From assembly GCA_038134805.1 (NCBI GenBank), contig JAYPVV010000002.1, positions 24,648 through 88,647 of the forward strand: a DNA stretch of 64,000 nucleotides, written 5' to 3'. The translations under genes were made by a program, and so were the position numbers. The notes under the pieces are model-generated. The model was not told where the DNA came from and did no database searches. It worked only from the letters and a program-made list of their open reading frames with translations. This document shows, piece after piece, positions 40,599-51,065 of the stretch. This stretch comes from Marinoscillum sp. Lineage in GTDB: Bacteria > Bacteroidota > Bacteroidia > Cytophagales > MED-G16. Each line of letters starts with the position of its first letter. Within the stretch, counting starts at the first letter, position 1.

Positions 40599-41915
40599 AT
40601 GAATTTAGCTAGACACATTAAAGAAAATTTTAAGCTTTCATTACCAATTATGATAAGTCAACTTGGACATATTTCTGTTGGTGTGGTAGATAGTATTATG
40701 ATTGGAAATGTTTCAATAACCCAATTAGCAGCAGTCTCTTTATCTACTTCAATTTTTGCATTTATTCTTCTTTTCTGTATTGGTTTGTCTTATGGGGTTA
40801 CTCCTCTTATTTCATCAAATAAATCAGATAAAGATTATGTGTCTAAAATTTTATATAATGGATTATATATCAATGTAATTTTTACATTTCTACTTGTTAT
40901 ATTAACAATCTATTCAAAATATTTTCTTAAACACTTAGGTCAAGATCTAGAAGTTCTTTTTCATACCTATGGATATCTAGATATTATATCTATATCCCTT
41001 ATTCCTCTTATGCTATTCCAAACCTTAAAACAGTTTATTGAGGGTCTTGGGTTTACTAAGCCTGCTATGTATATTTCTATATTTTCAAATATTGTGAACA
41101 TAATACTAAATGCAGTTCTAATTTTTGGATTATTTGGATTTCCAAAATTAGAAATAATTGGAGCCGCATACTCTACTCTTATTAGTAGAATTTTGATGTT
41201 TATTATAATACTTGTCTATTGTATTAAAAGTAAAAGATTTAAGGACTATTTATTTAGACTAAAAATTACATTAGATAATAACTCTTTAAAATCTATTTTT
41301 GGAATTGGATTTAGTTCTGGTCTACAATATATTTTTGAAGTTGGAGCATTTAGTGTATCTACAGTTATTATTGGAACAATTGGTGCAGTTCAATTAGCTT
41401 CGCATCAGATCGCTTTAAATTTAGCAAGCATATCTTATATGATTGCTTCAGGTATAGGATCAGCATCAATGATATCTCTTGGATACTATTACGGCACCTC
41501 GGATAAACTTGAGATTAGAAAGTCAGGTTATTCTAATTTTATCCTAGTAATTATTCTCATGAGTTTTTCAGCTCTTATCTTTATATTATTTAAAGATGAT
41601 CTTCCAAAATTTTATGTTGATAATAGTGAAGTTATATCTTTAGCATCTTCTCTATTGGTAGTAGCAGGATTATTTCAATTATCTGATGGAACTCAAGCTG
41701 TTGGGTTAGGTGTTTTGAGAGGTATTAGAGACACTAAAATTCCCACGTATGTTACATTTATTTCTTTCTGGTTAATAGCAATCCCTTTATCTTATTTCCT
41801 AGGAATAGAATTTAATTATGGAGTTTTTGGTGTATGGCTAGGTTTAAGTATAGGATTAACTTTAGCTGCAATTTTTCATTTTCTTCGTTTTAATTATCTT
41901 ACATCAACCAAATAG
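40599..41915 (+). CDS. MATE family efflux transporter
   Basis: About 438 aa with 12 TM helices; SQLGHISVGVVDSIMIG at the N-terminus. I prefer the ATG at 40599 to the track's TTG at 40590. Confidence 0.88.
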   Translation: MNLARHIKENFKLSLPIMISQLGHISVGVVDSIMIGNVSITQLAAVSLSTSIFAFILLFCIGLSYGVTPLISSNKSDKDYVSKILYNGLYINVIFTFLLVILTIYSKYFLKHLGQDLEVLFHTYGYLDIISISLIPLMLFQTLKQFIEGLGFTKPAMYISIFSNIVNIILNAVLIFGLFGFPKLEIIGAAYSTLISRILMFIIILVYCIKSKRFKDYLFRLKITLDNNSLKSIFGIGFSSGLQYIFEVGAFSVSTVIIGTIGAVQLASHQIALNLASISYMIASGIGSASMISLGYYYGTSDKLEIRKSGYSNFILVIILMSFSALIFILFKDDLPKFYVDNSEVISLASSLLVVAGLFQLSDGTQAVGLGVLRGIRDTKIPTYVTFISFWLIAIPLSYFLGIEFNYGVFGVWLGLSIGLTLAAIFHFLRFNYLTSTK

Positions 41916-41917
41916 GT

Positions 41918-42643
41918 ATGAAAATATTTACTATTCTTTATTCATTTTATGGATTAATTGTTTTTTCTTCTCTTTTTATTTTTTTTTCTATACCTCTTCT
42001 ACTTGGAATATGGTTCAAAAGTTTAAAGAAAATGGCATACTGGTCTCATCATAAAATAGCTAGAATATTTTTCTATCTAATCTTTATCCCATTGAAAATA
42101 CGATATGAAGAGGGCGTAGATTTAAAAAAACAATATATCATAATAGCTAATCATTTTTCTTATATCGATATTCCAGCTCTTGCAGCTTTAAATTTACCAT
42201 TCAAGTTCATTGGAAAAATGCAAGTAGTTAATATTCCTGTTCTTGGATATATATTTAAAAATCTTCATATAATGGTTGACAGAGACAGTAAAGAAAGTAG
42301 AAAAAAAACATATATTGATTCATTTAGAGCTATAAATCAAGGTTATAGTATAGGGATATTTCCTGAGGGAGGAATTAAAACTGAAAAAGTTCCTAAAATG
42401 GCACCTTTTAAAAATGGCGCTTTTGCAATGGCTCTCGAAAAACAAATTCCTATTCTTCCAGTTTCATTACTAGGTGCTTATAAAATAATGAGAGGTTCAT
42501 TTTATCTAAATTGGAGTCCATGTGAGATGGTTTGTCATAAGCCAATTCCTACTGATGGTTTTACTACCAAAGATGTTAATCAATTCAAAGAAAAGTGCTA
42601 CACTATACTACAGTCTCAGCTAGATAATTCATATAGTGAATAA
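41918..42643 (+). CDS. plsC: 1-acyl-sn-glycerol-3-phosphate acyltransferase
   Basis: NHFSYIDI (HX4D) and FPEGG motifs. Confidence 0.85.
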   Translation: MKIFTILYSFYGLIVFSSLFIFFSIPLLLGIWFKSLKKMAYWSHHKIARIFFYLIFIPLKIRYEEGVDLKKQYIIIANHFSYIDIPALAALNLPFKFIGKMQVVNIPVLGYIFKNLHIMVDRDSKESRKKTYIDSFRAINQGYSIGIFPEGGIKTEKVPKMAPFKNGAFAMALEKQIPILPVSLLGAYKIMRGSFYLNWSPCEMVCHKPIPTDGFTTKDVNQFKEKCYTILQSQLDNSYSE

Positions 42644-42691
42644 GATATTATTAGATTATATAATTACTTTAAAAAAACTAACTTTATCTAG

Positions 42692-44200
42692 ATGTCATTA
42701 ATTAAATTGAAGTACGGAGAAGACACTATGACTTATAGTTTAGCTCTTGAAATTGCTCAAGGCAAGGTCAAAGCTGGAATTTCTGATTCTCAGAAAAAAG
42801 CTATTTTTCAATCAAGAGAAAAAGTTGAGAAAGCTTTAAAAACTAATAAAAAAATTTATGGTATTAATACAGGTTTTGGTGCTCTTTGTAATACTATAAT
42901 TTCTAAAGATGAAGCTAGCCAGTTACAAATTAATCTATTAAAAAGTCATGCAGTAGGTGTTGGAAAACATATTCCAAAAATTGTTGCGAAGTTGATGATG
43001 ATCTTAAAAGTACATTCACTATGTAAAGGTTATTCTGGGGTTAGACTTGAGGTGATTGAAAGAATATGTTGGATGATAGATCATGATATTATTCCAGTTG
43101 TTCCATCTAAAGGTTCGGTTGGGGCATCGGGAGATTTAGCTCCTCTTGCTCACCTTTTTTTACCTTTAATTGGTGAGGGTAAAGTTTTTTATAAAAATAA
43201 AAAGGTAAAAACTTCTGTATTTTTTTCTAAAGAAAAAATCACTCAGCTAGAAATAAGAGAGAAAGAGGGGCTTGCATTATTAAATGGAACTCAATTTATT
43301 GCTGCATTTTCATGTTACTCATTATCAAGATTTAAAAATTGTTTAGAAAATGCGGATATTATAGCTTCTATATCTGTTGAGTCAACTTTAAGCTCTGTTG
43401 TTCCATTTAGTGAAGATTTATCTAACCTTAGGCCTTATCTTGGATCTGCTCTAGTTTCTAGAAAAGTAAGAAAATATTTGAAAAATTCTAAAGTATTAGA
43501 GTATCATAAAGATTGTAATAAAGTCCAAGATCCTTATTCTATTAGGTGTATCCCACAAGTTCATGGTGCTAGTTGGGATGCTTTTTTTCATCTAAAAAAA
43601 ATGGTAAATATTGAAATTAATTCAATTACTGATAACCCAATTGTTCTAAAAAATGGGAAAATAGTAAGTGGAGGTAATTTTCACGGTCAGCCATTAGCTA
43701 TACCTATAGACTATACTGTGATTGCTGCTTCAGAAATAGGAAATATTTCAGATAGAAGAATTTATCTTTTATTAAAAGGTAACGAAAAAGTGCCAAAACT
43801 TCTTCTTAAAAATACTGGAACAAATTCTGGGTTTATGATTTTACAATATACTTCAGCTGCATTAGTAAGTGAAAATAAAAATTTATGTTATCCAGCAAGT
43901 GCTGATTCAATAACAACTTCTCTGGGGCAAGAAGATCATGTGAGTATGGGATCTATTGGTGCTGTAAAGTTTTTACAGGTAGTTAAAAATTTAGAAAAAA
44001 TTTTAAGTTTAGAACTTCTATGTGCTGTTCAAGCCTTTGATTTTCTACAACCATTATCCTCTGGAAAGAAAATTCAAAATTGCTATAATTTTATTAGATC
44101 TAAAATTTCGCATTGCGAGAATGATAGGATTTTTATTAATGATATTAAGGAATCATTAAAAATTATAAAATCAAAAAAATTAATTGAATTAACTACATAA
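42692..44200 (+). CDS. hutH: Histidine ammonia-lyase
   Basis: [15 protein letters not shown] (the MIO-forming Ala-Ser-Gly). Confidence 0.93.
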   Translation: MSLIKLKYGEDTMTYSLALEIAQGKVKAGISDSQKKAIFQSREKVEKALKTNKKIYGINTGFGALCNTIISKDEASQLQINLLKSHAVGVGKHIPKIVAKLMMILKVHSLCKGYSGVRLEVIERICWMIDHDIIPVVPSKGSVGASGDLAPLAHLFLPLIGEGKVFYKNKKVKTSVFFSKEKITQLEIREKEGLALLNGTQFIAAFSCYSLSRFKNCLENADIIASISVESTLSSVVPFSEDLSNLRPYLGSALVSRKVRKYLKNSKVLEYHKDCNKVQDPYSIRCIPQVHGASWDAFFHLKKMVNIEINSITDNPIVLKNGKIVSGGNFHGQPLAIPIDYTVIAASEIGNISDRRIYLLLKGNEKVPKLLLKNTGTNSGFMILQYTSAALVSENKNLCYPASADSITTSLGQEDHVSMGSIGAVKFLQVVKNLEKILSLELLCAVQAFDFLQPLSSGKKIQNCYNFIRSKISHCENDRIFINDIKESLKIIKSKKLIELTT

Positions 44201-44202
44201 AA

Positions 44203-45873
44203 ATGGATACCAAAAGTTTTATTGAAAAATTTGCTAATCATCCAAATTATAAATCTCCTACAGGAAATACTTTACATGCAAAGAGCTGGCAAACTGAGGC
44301 ACCTTTAAGAATGTTTTTAAATAATTTAGATTCTGCTGTTGCAGAGGATCCTTCAAATTTAGTTGTTTATGGAGGATCTGGTCAAGCTGCTAGAAATAGA
44401 AAGTCTGTTGAAAAAATAATTGATGTTTTACTCAACCTAGATAATGATGAAAGTTTACTCATTCAATCAGGAAAACCGATAGGTAAAGTAAGAACTCATG
44501 ATCAAGCACCAAGAGTTTTAATTGCAAATTCAAATCTTGTCCCAGAATGGGCTAATTGGGAACATTTTGAAAAATTAAAAAAAGAAGGTTTAATGATGTA
44601 CGGTCAGATGACAGCAGGTAGTTGGATTTATATAGGTACTCAAGGAATTCTTCAAGGAACCTATGAGACATTTATGGCATGTGCAAATCAACACTTTGGA
44701 GGATCTCTAAAAGGGAAACTATTAGTTTCTGGTGGGCTAGGCGGAATGGGTGGAGCTCAACCTCTTGCTGCAACTATGGCAGGAGCAACTTTTTTAGGTG
44801 CAGATATTGATCCAAACAGAATAGAAAAAAGACTCAAAACTAAATATATAGATAAAATGACAGACTCATATGTTCAGGCTAGGGACTGGGCTATAAGTTC
44901 AAAGAAGAATGGAGAAAATATTTCTATTGGTTTAGTGAGTGATATTGGAGATATGCTTGAAAAATTGATTGAAGATGAAATTATTCCTGAGATATTGACA
45001 GATCAAACCTCTGCACATGATCCAGTTTATGGTTATGTTCCAAATGGAATCAATTTGAAAAATGCTGAAAAGTTAAGAATTGATGATCAAATAAAATATA
45101 AAGAACTTTCTCTCAAAAGTATGGCAAGACATGTTTCTTTCATGTTAAAATTGCAAAAACTAGGATCAATAACTTTTGATTATGGTAATAACTTAAGAGA
45201 GTTTGCTAAACAAGGTGGAGAAAAAAACTCATTTAATTTTAATGGTTTTGTCCCAGATTATATAAGACCATTATTTTGTGAGGGAAAAGGACCATTTAGA
45301 TGGGCGGCTTTATCTGGTAATCCTGAAGATATCTATATAACTGATAAAGCTCTAATTAATGCTTTTCCTGAAAATAAAGATATGATTAATTGGCTTATTC
45401 AGGCAAAAGAAAAAATTCAATTTCAAGGTCTCCCTTGTAGGATATGTTGGTTGGGTATGGGTGAAAGGGAAAAGGCAGGTCTTATTTTTAATGATTTAGT
45501 AAAAACAAGAAAAGTTAGTGCTCCAATTGCTATAGGGAGAGATCATTTGGATTGTGGTTCTGTTGCATCACCTAACAGAGAGACTGAAGGCATGTTAGAT
45601 GGATCTGATGCTGTTTCAGACTGGCCTCTTCTTAATCTTATGTCTAATACCGCCGGAGGTGCTACATGGGTTTCATTCCACCATGGAGGGGGAGTTGGAA
45701 TGGGATATTCTCAACATGCAGGAATGGTTGTATTGGCTGATGGTACTGAAAGAGCTGAAAAATGTATTAGAAGAGTATTACACAATGATCCTGCTATGGG
45801 AGTATTTAGACATAATGATGCTGGATATGATATAGCCAATGATCATTTAAAAAAATTTAATTTAGAAATTTAA
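44203..45873 (+). CDS. hutU: Urocanate hydratase
   Basis: 556 aa with [13 protein letters not shown] and [17 protein letters not shown]. Confidence 0.96.
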   Translation: MDTKSFIEKFANHPNYKSPTGNTLHAKSWQTEAPLRMFLNNLDSAVAEDPSNLVVYGGSGQAARNRKSVEKIIDVLLNLDNDESLLIQSGKPIGKVRTHDQAPRVLIANSNLVPEWANWEHFEKLKKEGLMMYGQMTAGSWIYIGTQGILQGTYETFMACANQHFGGSLKGKLLVSGGLGGMGGAQPLAATMAGATFLGADIDPNRIEKRLKTKYIDKMTDSYVQARDWAISSKKNGENISIGLVSDIGDMLEKLIEDEIIPEILTDQTSAHDPVYGYVPNGINLKNAEKLRIDDQIKYKELSLKSMARHVSFMLKLQKLGSITFDYGNNLREFAKQGGEKNSFNFNGFVPDYIRPLFCEGKGPFRWAALSGNPEDIYITDKALINAFPENKDMINWLIQAKEKIQFQGLPCRICWLGMGEREKAGLIFNDLVKTRKVSAPIAIGRDHLDCGSVASPNRETEGMLDGSDAVSDWPLLNLMSNTAGGATWVSFHHGGGVGMGYSQHAGMVVLADGTERAEKCIRRVLHNDPAMGVFRHNDAGYDIANDHLKKFNLEI

Positions 45874-45875
45874 AA

Positions 45876-47093
45876 TTGAGAGTACTTATCGGCCCTTTCT
45901 CACAAATAATCACAATGTCAAATTTACCTAAGAGAGGTAGTATTTCAGATGAAAAATTAGAGATAATAAAAGATGGAGGAGTGATTATTGAAAATGATAA
46001 AATTGTTAGTTTAGGCTTATTTTCTATTTTGAAAAAAGAGGAAAAAAATATACATGAAATTGATTTTTCTTGTGTGCTATTGCCTGGATTTATTGATTCT
46101 CATACTCATGTTTGTTATTATGGGAATAGGTCTGATGAATATGCTAAAAGAAATTCAGGAATTTCATATCAGCAAATTTTAGCTGAGGGAGGAGGAATCC
46201 ACAGAACAATGAATTCAACATCAAAATGTACTAATGAAAAGTTAGAGAATGAAACCCTTAAAAGGTTAAATAGACACTTTTTAGAAGGTGTTCTTACATG
46301 TGAGGTCAAAACAGGTTATGCACTTAACTTAGATGGTGAGATCAGGATGTTAGAAATAATAAATAATTTAAATAATGACAATGAAATTGATTTAATTCCA
46401 ACTTGTCTTGCAGCTCATGTCACACCAAAAGATTTTGAATCACCTAAAGTTTATTTAGAATCAGTTGTAAATGAATTGTTGCCTAAAGTTAAGGAGAATA
46501 AATTATCAAATAGGGTAGATATTTTTATTGAAGAAAAAGCTTTTTCTGTTAATGAAGCTTCTATTTTTTTAGATAAAGTAAAAAATGATTTTTCTATTAC
46601 AGCACATGTAAATCAATTTACTTCGGGAGGTGTTAAAGTAGGTGTTGATTATGGAGCTATTAGTGTTGATCATTTGGAAGTAATAACAGAAGATGAAATA
46701 AATTATTTATCAAAATCTAATACTACAGGAGTTGTATTACCTGGCTGTAGTTTAGGTCTAGGAATACCGTTTGCTCCCGCTAGAAAACTATTAGACAGTA
46801 ATTGTATGGTTTCTATTGCATCTGATTGGAATCCAGGTTCTGCTCCAATGGGGGATTTATTAGCTCAAGCATCAATTCTTGGGTCTAAAGAAAAGTTATC
46901 TAATGCAGAAGTATTCTCTGGTATCACATTTCGATCTGCAAATGCATTATCTCTCGATGATAGAGGCTCATTAGATATTGGAAAAATAGCTGATATGATT
47001 GGATTTAAAACTAATGATTATAGGGATATTCTTTATAATCAAGGAAAGCTTAAACCAACCTTTATATGTAAAAGAGGAAAAATCTATAATTAA
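45876..47093 (+). CDS. hutI: Imidazolonepropionase (TTG start)
   Basis: LPGFIDSHTH and the amidohydrolase fold. The N-terminus LIGPFSQIITM is typical, which supports the TTG at 45876. Confidence 0.9.
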   Translation: MRVLIGPFSQIITMSNLPKRGSISDEKLEIIKDGGVIIENDKIVSLGLFSILKKEEKNIHEIDFSCVLLPGFIDSHTHVCYYGNRSDEYAKRNSGISYQQILAEGGGIHRTMNSTSKCTNEKLENETLKRLNRHFLEGVLTCEVKTGYALNLDGEIRMLEIINNLNNDNEIDLIPTCLAAHVTPKDFESPKVYLESVVNELLPKVKENKLSNRVDIFIEEKAFSVNEASIFLDKVKNDFSITAHVNQFTSGGVKVGVDYGAISVDHLEVITEDEINYLSKSNTTGVVLPGCSLGLGIPFAPARKLLDSNCMVSIASDWNPGSAPMGDLLAQASILGSKEKLSNAEVFSGITFRSANALSLDDRGSLDIGKIADMIGFKTNDYRDILYNQGKLKPTFICKRGKIYN

Positions 47094-47109
47094 TATATAT
47101 TTTTAAACT

Positions 47110-48786
47110 GTGAATCAAATAATAGAATGTGTTCCAAATTTCTCTGAAGGAAGAAATCTTGATATTATTAATGAAATTTCTGAAGCTATTTCTAGCACTA
47201 AAGGGGTTCATTTATTAAATGTTGATTCTGGTCAGGCAACCAATAGAACAGTTATGACATTTGTTGGTGATCCGGACTCAGTAATTAATGCAGCTTTTAA
47301 GGCAATAAAAGTTGCTAGTGAAAAAATTGATATGTCTAAGCATTCTGGAGAACATCCGCGATTTGGTGCAACTGATGTTTGTCCCTTAATTCCAGTTTCA
47401 AATATTTCATTTGAAGAATTAATTCCTTATGCTGAGAAGTTAGCTAAATTAGTATCAGATGAATTAAATATTCCAATTTATTTATATGAGTTTGCGGCTA
47501 GAGAAGATAAAAGAAAGAATTTAGCCAATGTGAGATCTGGAGAATATGAAGGCCTTGAAAAGAAAATAAATAGTGAAGAGTGGAAACCAGATTTTGGTAC
47601 AAGTTTTAATAAAAAATCAGGAGCCACAGCTATAGGTGTTAGAGACTTTCTAATTGCATACAATATAAATCTTAATACTAAGTCTACGAGGTTGGCTAAT
47701 GCTATTGCATTTGATGTTAGAGAGAAAGGAAGAATTAAAAGAAAGGGACATCCTGTAGTTGGTGAGATTGTATATGATAAAGATGGTAATCCAGAGACTA
47801 TTCCTGGATCATTAAAATATGTTAAAGCTATAGGATGGTATATTGAAGAATTTGGAATTGCTCAAATATCAATGAATCTAACTAACATTACTAAAACTCC
47901 AATACACGAAGTTTTTGAAGAGGTAAAATTAAAAGCAAATGCTAGAGGTGCTAGTGTAACAGGATCTGAATTAGTAGGACTTATTCCACTAAAATCAATA
48001 ATTGATGCTGGAAAATATTTTCTTGAGAAACAAAATAGATCAATTGGAATTCCTGAAGATGATATTATTAAAATTGCTATTGAGTCTTTGGGTCTTAATC
48101 AGGTTAAGCATTTTGATCCAAAAAAGAATATAATAGAGTATTATCTTAATGAAATTACTAATGAAAATAGTAAATTGATTGAACTTTCAGCTAGAAATTT
48201 TTCAGATGAGGTCTCAAGGGAAACTCCATCACCCGGTGGAGGTTCAGTATCTTCTTATATTGGTACACTTGGTAGTTCTTTAGCTGGTATGGTTGCTAAT
48301 TTATCATGTAACACAAGAGGATGGGAGGATAAGGTAAAATTATTTAGTAAAAAAGCTTATGAAATAAATAAGATAAGAGAAAAGCTTCTACTACTTGTTG
48401 ATGAAGATGCAAATTCTTTTAATAGTATCATGGAGTCTTATAAATTACCTAAGATCACTGAAGAAGATAAAAAAAATAGATCTAAAGCTATAAAAGATGC
48501 AACATTATATGCTGCTCAAATTCCTTTAAATGTTATGAAAGAATCATATAATGCCTACGATATTATAGAGTTTTTAACTATAGAAGGAAATCAAAATTCA
48601 TTATCAGATTCGGGTGTTGCTTGTTTGTGTGTTCATGCTGCTATTCATGGTGCTTATTTAAATGTTAGAATAAATCTTAAAAATTCTAGTATAGGAGAAA
48701 ATATTCTAATACAAGCAGATGAAATATTTAAAAATTCTAATTTAAGAAAAGAAAAAATAATGAAGTTGGTAGAAGATAAATTATAA
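47110..48786 (+). CDS. ftcD: Fused glutamate formimidoyltransferase / formimidoyltetrahydrofolate cyclodeaminase (GTG start)
   Basis: 558 aa. ECVPNFSEGRN at the N-terminus marks the transferase domain. The C-terminal about 200 aa are helical and cyclodeaminase-like (TPSPGGGSVSSYIG). Confidence 0.85.
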   Translation: MNQIIECVPNFSEGRNLDIINEISEAISSTKGVHLLNVDSGQATNRTVMTFVGDPDSVINAAFKAIKVASEKIDMSKHSGEHPRFGATDVCPLIPVSNISFEELIPYAEKLAKLVSDELNIPIYLYEFAAREDKRKNLANVRSGEYEGLEKKINSEEWKPDFGTSFNKKSGATAIGVRDFLIAYNINLNTKSTRLANAIAFDVREKGRIKRKGHPVVGEIVYDKDGNPETIPGSLKYVKAIGWYIEEFGIAQISMNLTNITKTPIHEVFEEVKLKANARGASVTGSELVGLIPLKSIIDAGKYFLEKQNRSIGIPEDDIIKIAIESLGLNQVKHFDPKKNIIEYYLNEITNENSKLIELSARNFSDEVSRETPSPGGGSVSSYIGTLGSSLAGMVANLSCNTRGWEDKVKLFSKKAYEINKIREKLLLLVDEDANSFNSIMESYKLPKITEEDKKNRSKAIKDATLYAAQIPLNVMKESYNAYDIIEFLTIEGNQNSLSDSGVACLCVHAAIHGAYLNVRINLKNSSIGENILIQADEIFKNSNLRKEKIMKLVEDKL

Positions 48787-48813
48787 TTTTTACTTTTATT
48801 AAACAATACTATT

Positions 48814-50511
48814 ATGCAGGAATTTAATGAGTTTTTAATCCTAATAGATCAATATTTAGGAAGTTCTTCCTGGTTTGTTCCTCTATTATTAGGAACAGGG
48901 ATCTTTTTCACATTCTATCTAAGATTTCCTCAGATAAGATATTTTGGTTTCGCACTAAAAGTTGTTAAAGGTAAATTTGACAAAAAATCTGATCAAGGAG
49001 ATACTTCTCATTTCCAAGCTCTAACAACTGCGTTATCTGGTACAGTGGGTACTGGAAATATTGCTGGTGTAGCTTTTGCTATTCATCTTGGAGGGCCTGC
49101 GGCATTATTTTGGATGCTAGTAACTGCTATGGTTGGTATGACAACTAAGTTTGTTGAGGTTACATTATCTCATAAATATAGAGAAAAAATATCTGATGGC
49201 ACAATGTCAGGAGGGCCTATGTATTTTATGAAAAATGCAAATTTTAAACTTTTTGGGAATAGCGTTGATCTTAAGTGGGTTGGTATATTATTTGCATTTG
49301 CGACTGTGTTATCTTCTTTTGGGACTGGAAGCTTACCTCAAATAAATAGTATATCAAATTCTATGTTTTCCTCTTTTGGAATTGATAAAATGTTAACGGG
49401 AGGAATATTAGCTGTTATTTTAGGAATTGTTATTATCGGTGGCATTAAAAGAATTGCTAAATTAACTGAAAAGCTAGTTCCTTTTATGGCTGTTATTTAC
49501 ATAGTTGGTGCTTTCTCAGTTATCATTTTTAATTATGAAAATATAATACCTTCATTTATTTCTATATTCTCTGAAGTTTTTTCTGGAAGTGCTGCTGTAG
49601 GCGGTTTTCTTGGCGCCTCAATATCCTTTGCCATCTCCAGAGGTGTAAATAGAGGCCTCTACTCAAATGAAGCTGGTCAAGGATCAGCTCCAATTGCTCA
49701 TGCATCTGCAAAAACTAATGAGCCTGTATCTGAGGGGTTAGTTGCTATTTTAGAACCGTTTATTGATACAATTATTATTTGTACAATCACAGGTTTAGTT
49801 CTCTTATCCTCTGGAGTGTGGAATGAAAAACATGAAAATACTTTTGCTCAAGCTGATCTACTTGTTTTAGATAAAGTTTATAGTGAGAAAAATAAAGATG
49901 ATGTTAAAATACTTTTTGACTACATAAATGGTATTAATGATATATCTAGTTATAATGGAAATATAGATGTTATTGATGGAAAATTTGCAAATCAAATATC
50001 AATTCTTCATGCTAGATCAATAGCTGAAGAAATTTTGTTTTATGATAATAACGGTGAAAATTTTAGTGGAACTTTGAATATTATTGATGGTAAAATTCAG
50101 AATAATATAAATGTGAAAGGAAAATCATTGGTACACAGTGCGCCGCTAACTGCGATAGCATTTGATAGAGGTTTTCTTGGGAATTATGGAAATTATATAG
50201 TTACTATTGGGCTATTATTATTTGCTTTTAGTACTGCTATTTCTTGGTCATATTATGGTGATAGAGCTATGACATTTCTTTTTGGTGCTAGCTCAGTTAT
50301 TTACTACAGAGTTATTTATGTTGTTGGATTTTTTATTGCATCATTTGCTGATACAACTGTAATCTGGAATGTTTCATTAATTACAATAGCTCTTATGACA
50401 GTGCCTAATTTAATTGGTTTGATATGGCTTAGAAAAGAAGTAAAATCAACAATTAAAGACTATTGGATTAATTTTAAAAAGGAGTGGCCAGATGAAAAAA
50501 CGCCTGAATAA
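48814..50511 (+). CDS. Alanine/glycine:cation symporter (AGCS) family transporter
   Basis: [21 protein letters not shown] and [15 protein letters not shown]. Confidence 0.9.
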   Translation: MQEFNEFLILIDQYLGSSSWFVPLLLGTGIFFTFYLRFPQIRYFGFALKVVKGKFDKKSDQGDTSHFQALTTALSGTVGTGNIAGVAFAIHLGGPAALFWMLVTAMVGMTTKFVEVTLSHKYREKISDGTMSGGPMYFMKNANFKLFGNSVDLKWVGILFAFATVLSSFGTGSLPQINSISNSMFSSFGIDKMLTGGILAVILGIVIIGGIKRIAKLTEKLVPFMAVIYIVGAFSVIIFNYENIIPSFISIFSEVFSGSAAVGGFLGASISFAISRGVNRGLYSNEAGQGSAPIAHASAKTNEPVSEGLVAILEPFIDTIIICTITGLVLLSSGVWNEKHENTFAQADLLVLDKVYSEKNKDDVKILFDYINGINDISSYNGNIDVIDGKFANQISILHARSIAEEILFYDNNGENFSGTLNIIDGKIQNNINVKGKSLVHSAPLTAIAFDRGFLGNYGNYIVTIGLLLFAFSTAISWSYYGDRAMTFLFGASSVIYYRVIYVVGFFIASFADTTVIWNVSLITIALMTVPNLIGLIWLRKEVKSTIKDYWINFKKEWPDEKTPE

Positions 50512-50512
50512 A

Positions 50513-50797
50513 CTAATCTAATTTTTTATCAATTTCATTTATTATATTCTCAAGCTTTTGTATAGCATCTTGATTGTCTACAGAAAAATTTTTACTGTCA
50601 TATACCTCTACTGAAAGTTTAAAGGCTATCATGGCAAGGACATCTTGCATATCATCTATATTCATTTGATTTTTCATTTCCGAAATTTTATTATTAAGTT
50701 CCTTCCCAACGTTTCTTAGTTTTTGCTCATCTTGGATTGGTACTTTCATAGGGTATGACCTATTTCCAATTACTAATTTGATAGATAAATTTTCCAA
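50513..50797 (-). CDS. zapA: Cell division protein ZapA
   Basis: 94 aa; the pattern IKLVIGNRSYPMKVPIQDEQKLRNVGKELN and VLAMIAFKLSVEV fits ZapA. Confidence 0.7.
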   Translation of the reverse strand: MENLSIKLVIGNRSYPMKVPIQDEQKLRNVGKELNNKISEMKNQMNIDDMQDVLAMIAFKLSVEVYDSKNFSVDNQDAIQKLENIINEIDKKLD

Positions 50798-50798
50798 G

Positions 50799-51065
50799 TT
50801 ATGATTTTAGACTATTAATTATATTGTCAATTTCATTAATAGTTTTGTCAATTTCATCTTTAATATTAGATGTTTCATGATAAGATATTGATTGAGATTT
50901 TTCTTTATTCGGAAAGTTATATTTATATAATATTAAATCAATTTCTTTATCTATAATTTCTTTGTTAAGATTTTCATTAATCGATTTTAAATTATTGTAC
51001 TTTGATATTAATAATGAAAATCTGCTTTCTAATTCAATTATTTTTTTATTGAGGTTGCTTGACAT
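50799..51065 (-). CDS. Hypothetical small coiled-coil protein
   Basis: 88 aa with heptad-like N/K/E/I-rich sequence. Abuts the pheT stop (0-nt gap) and the zapA start (1-nt gap). Confidence 0.5.
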   Translation of the reverse strand: MSSNLNKKIIELESRFSLLISKYNNLKSINENLNKEIIDKEIDLILYKYNFPNKEKSQSISYHETSNIKDEIDKTINEIDNIINSLKS

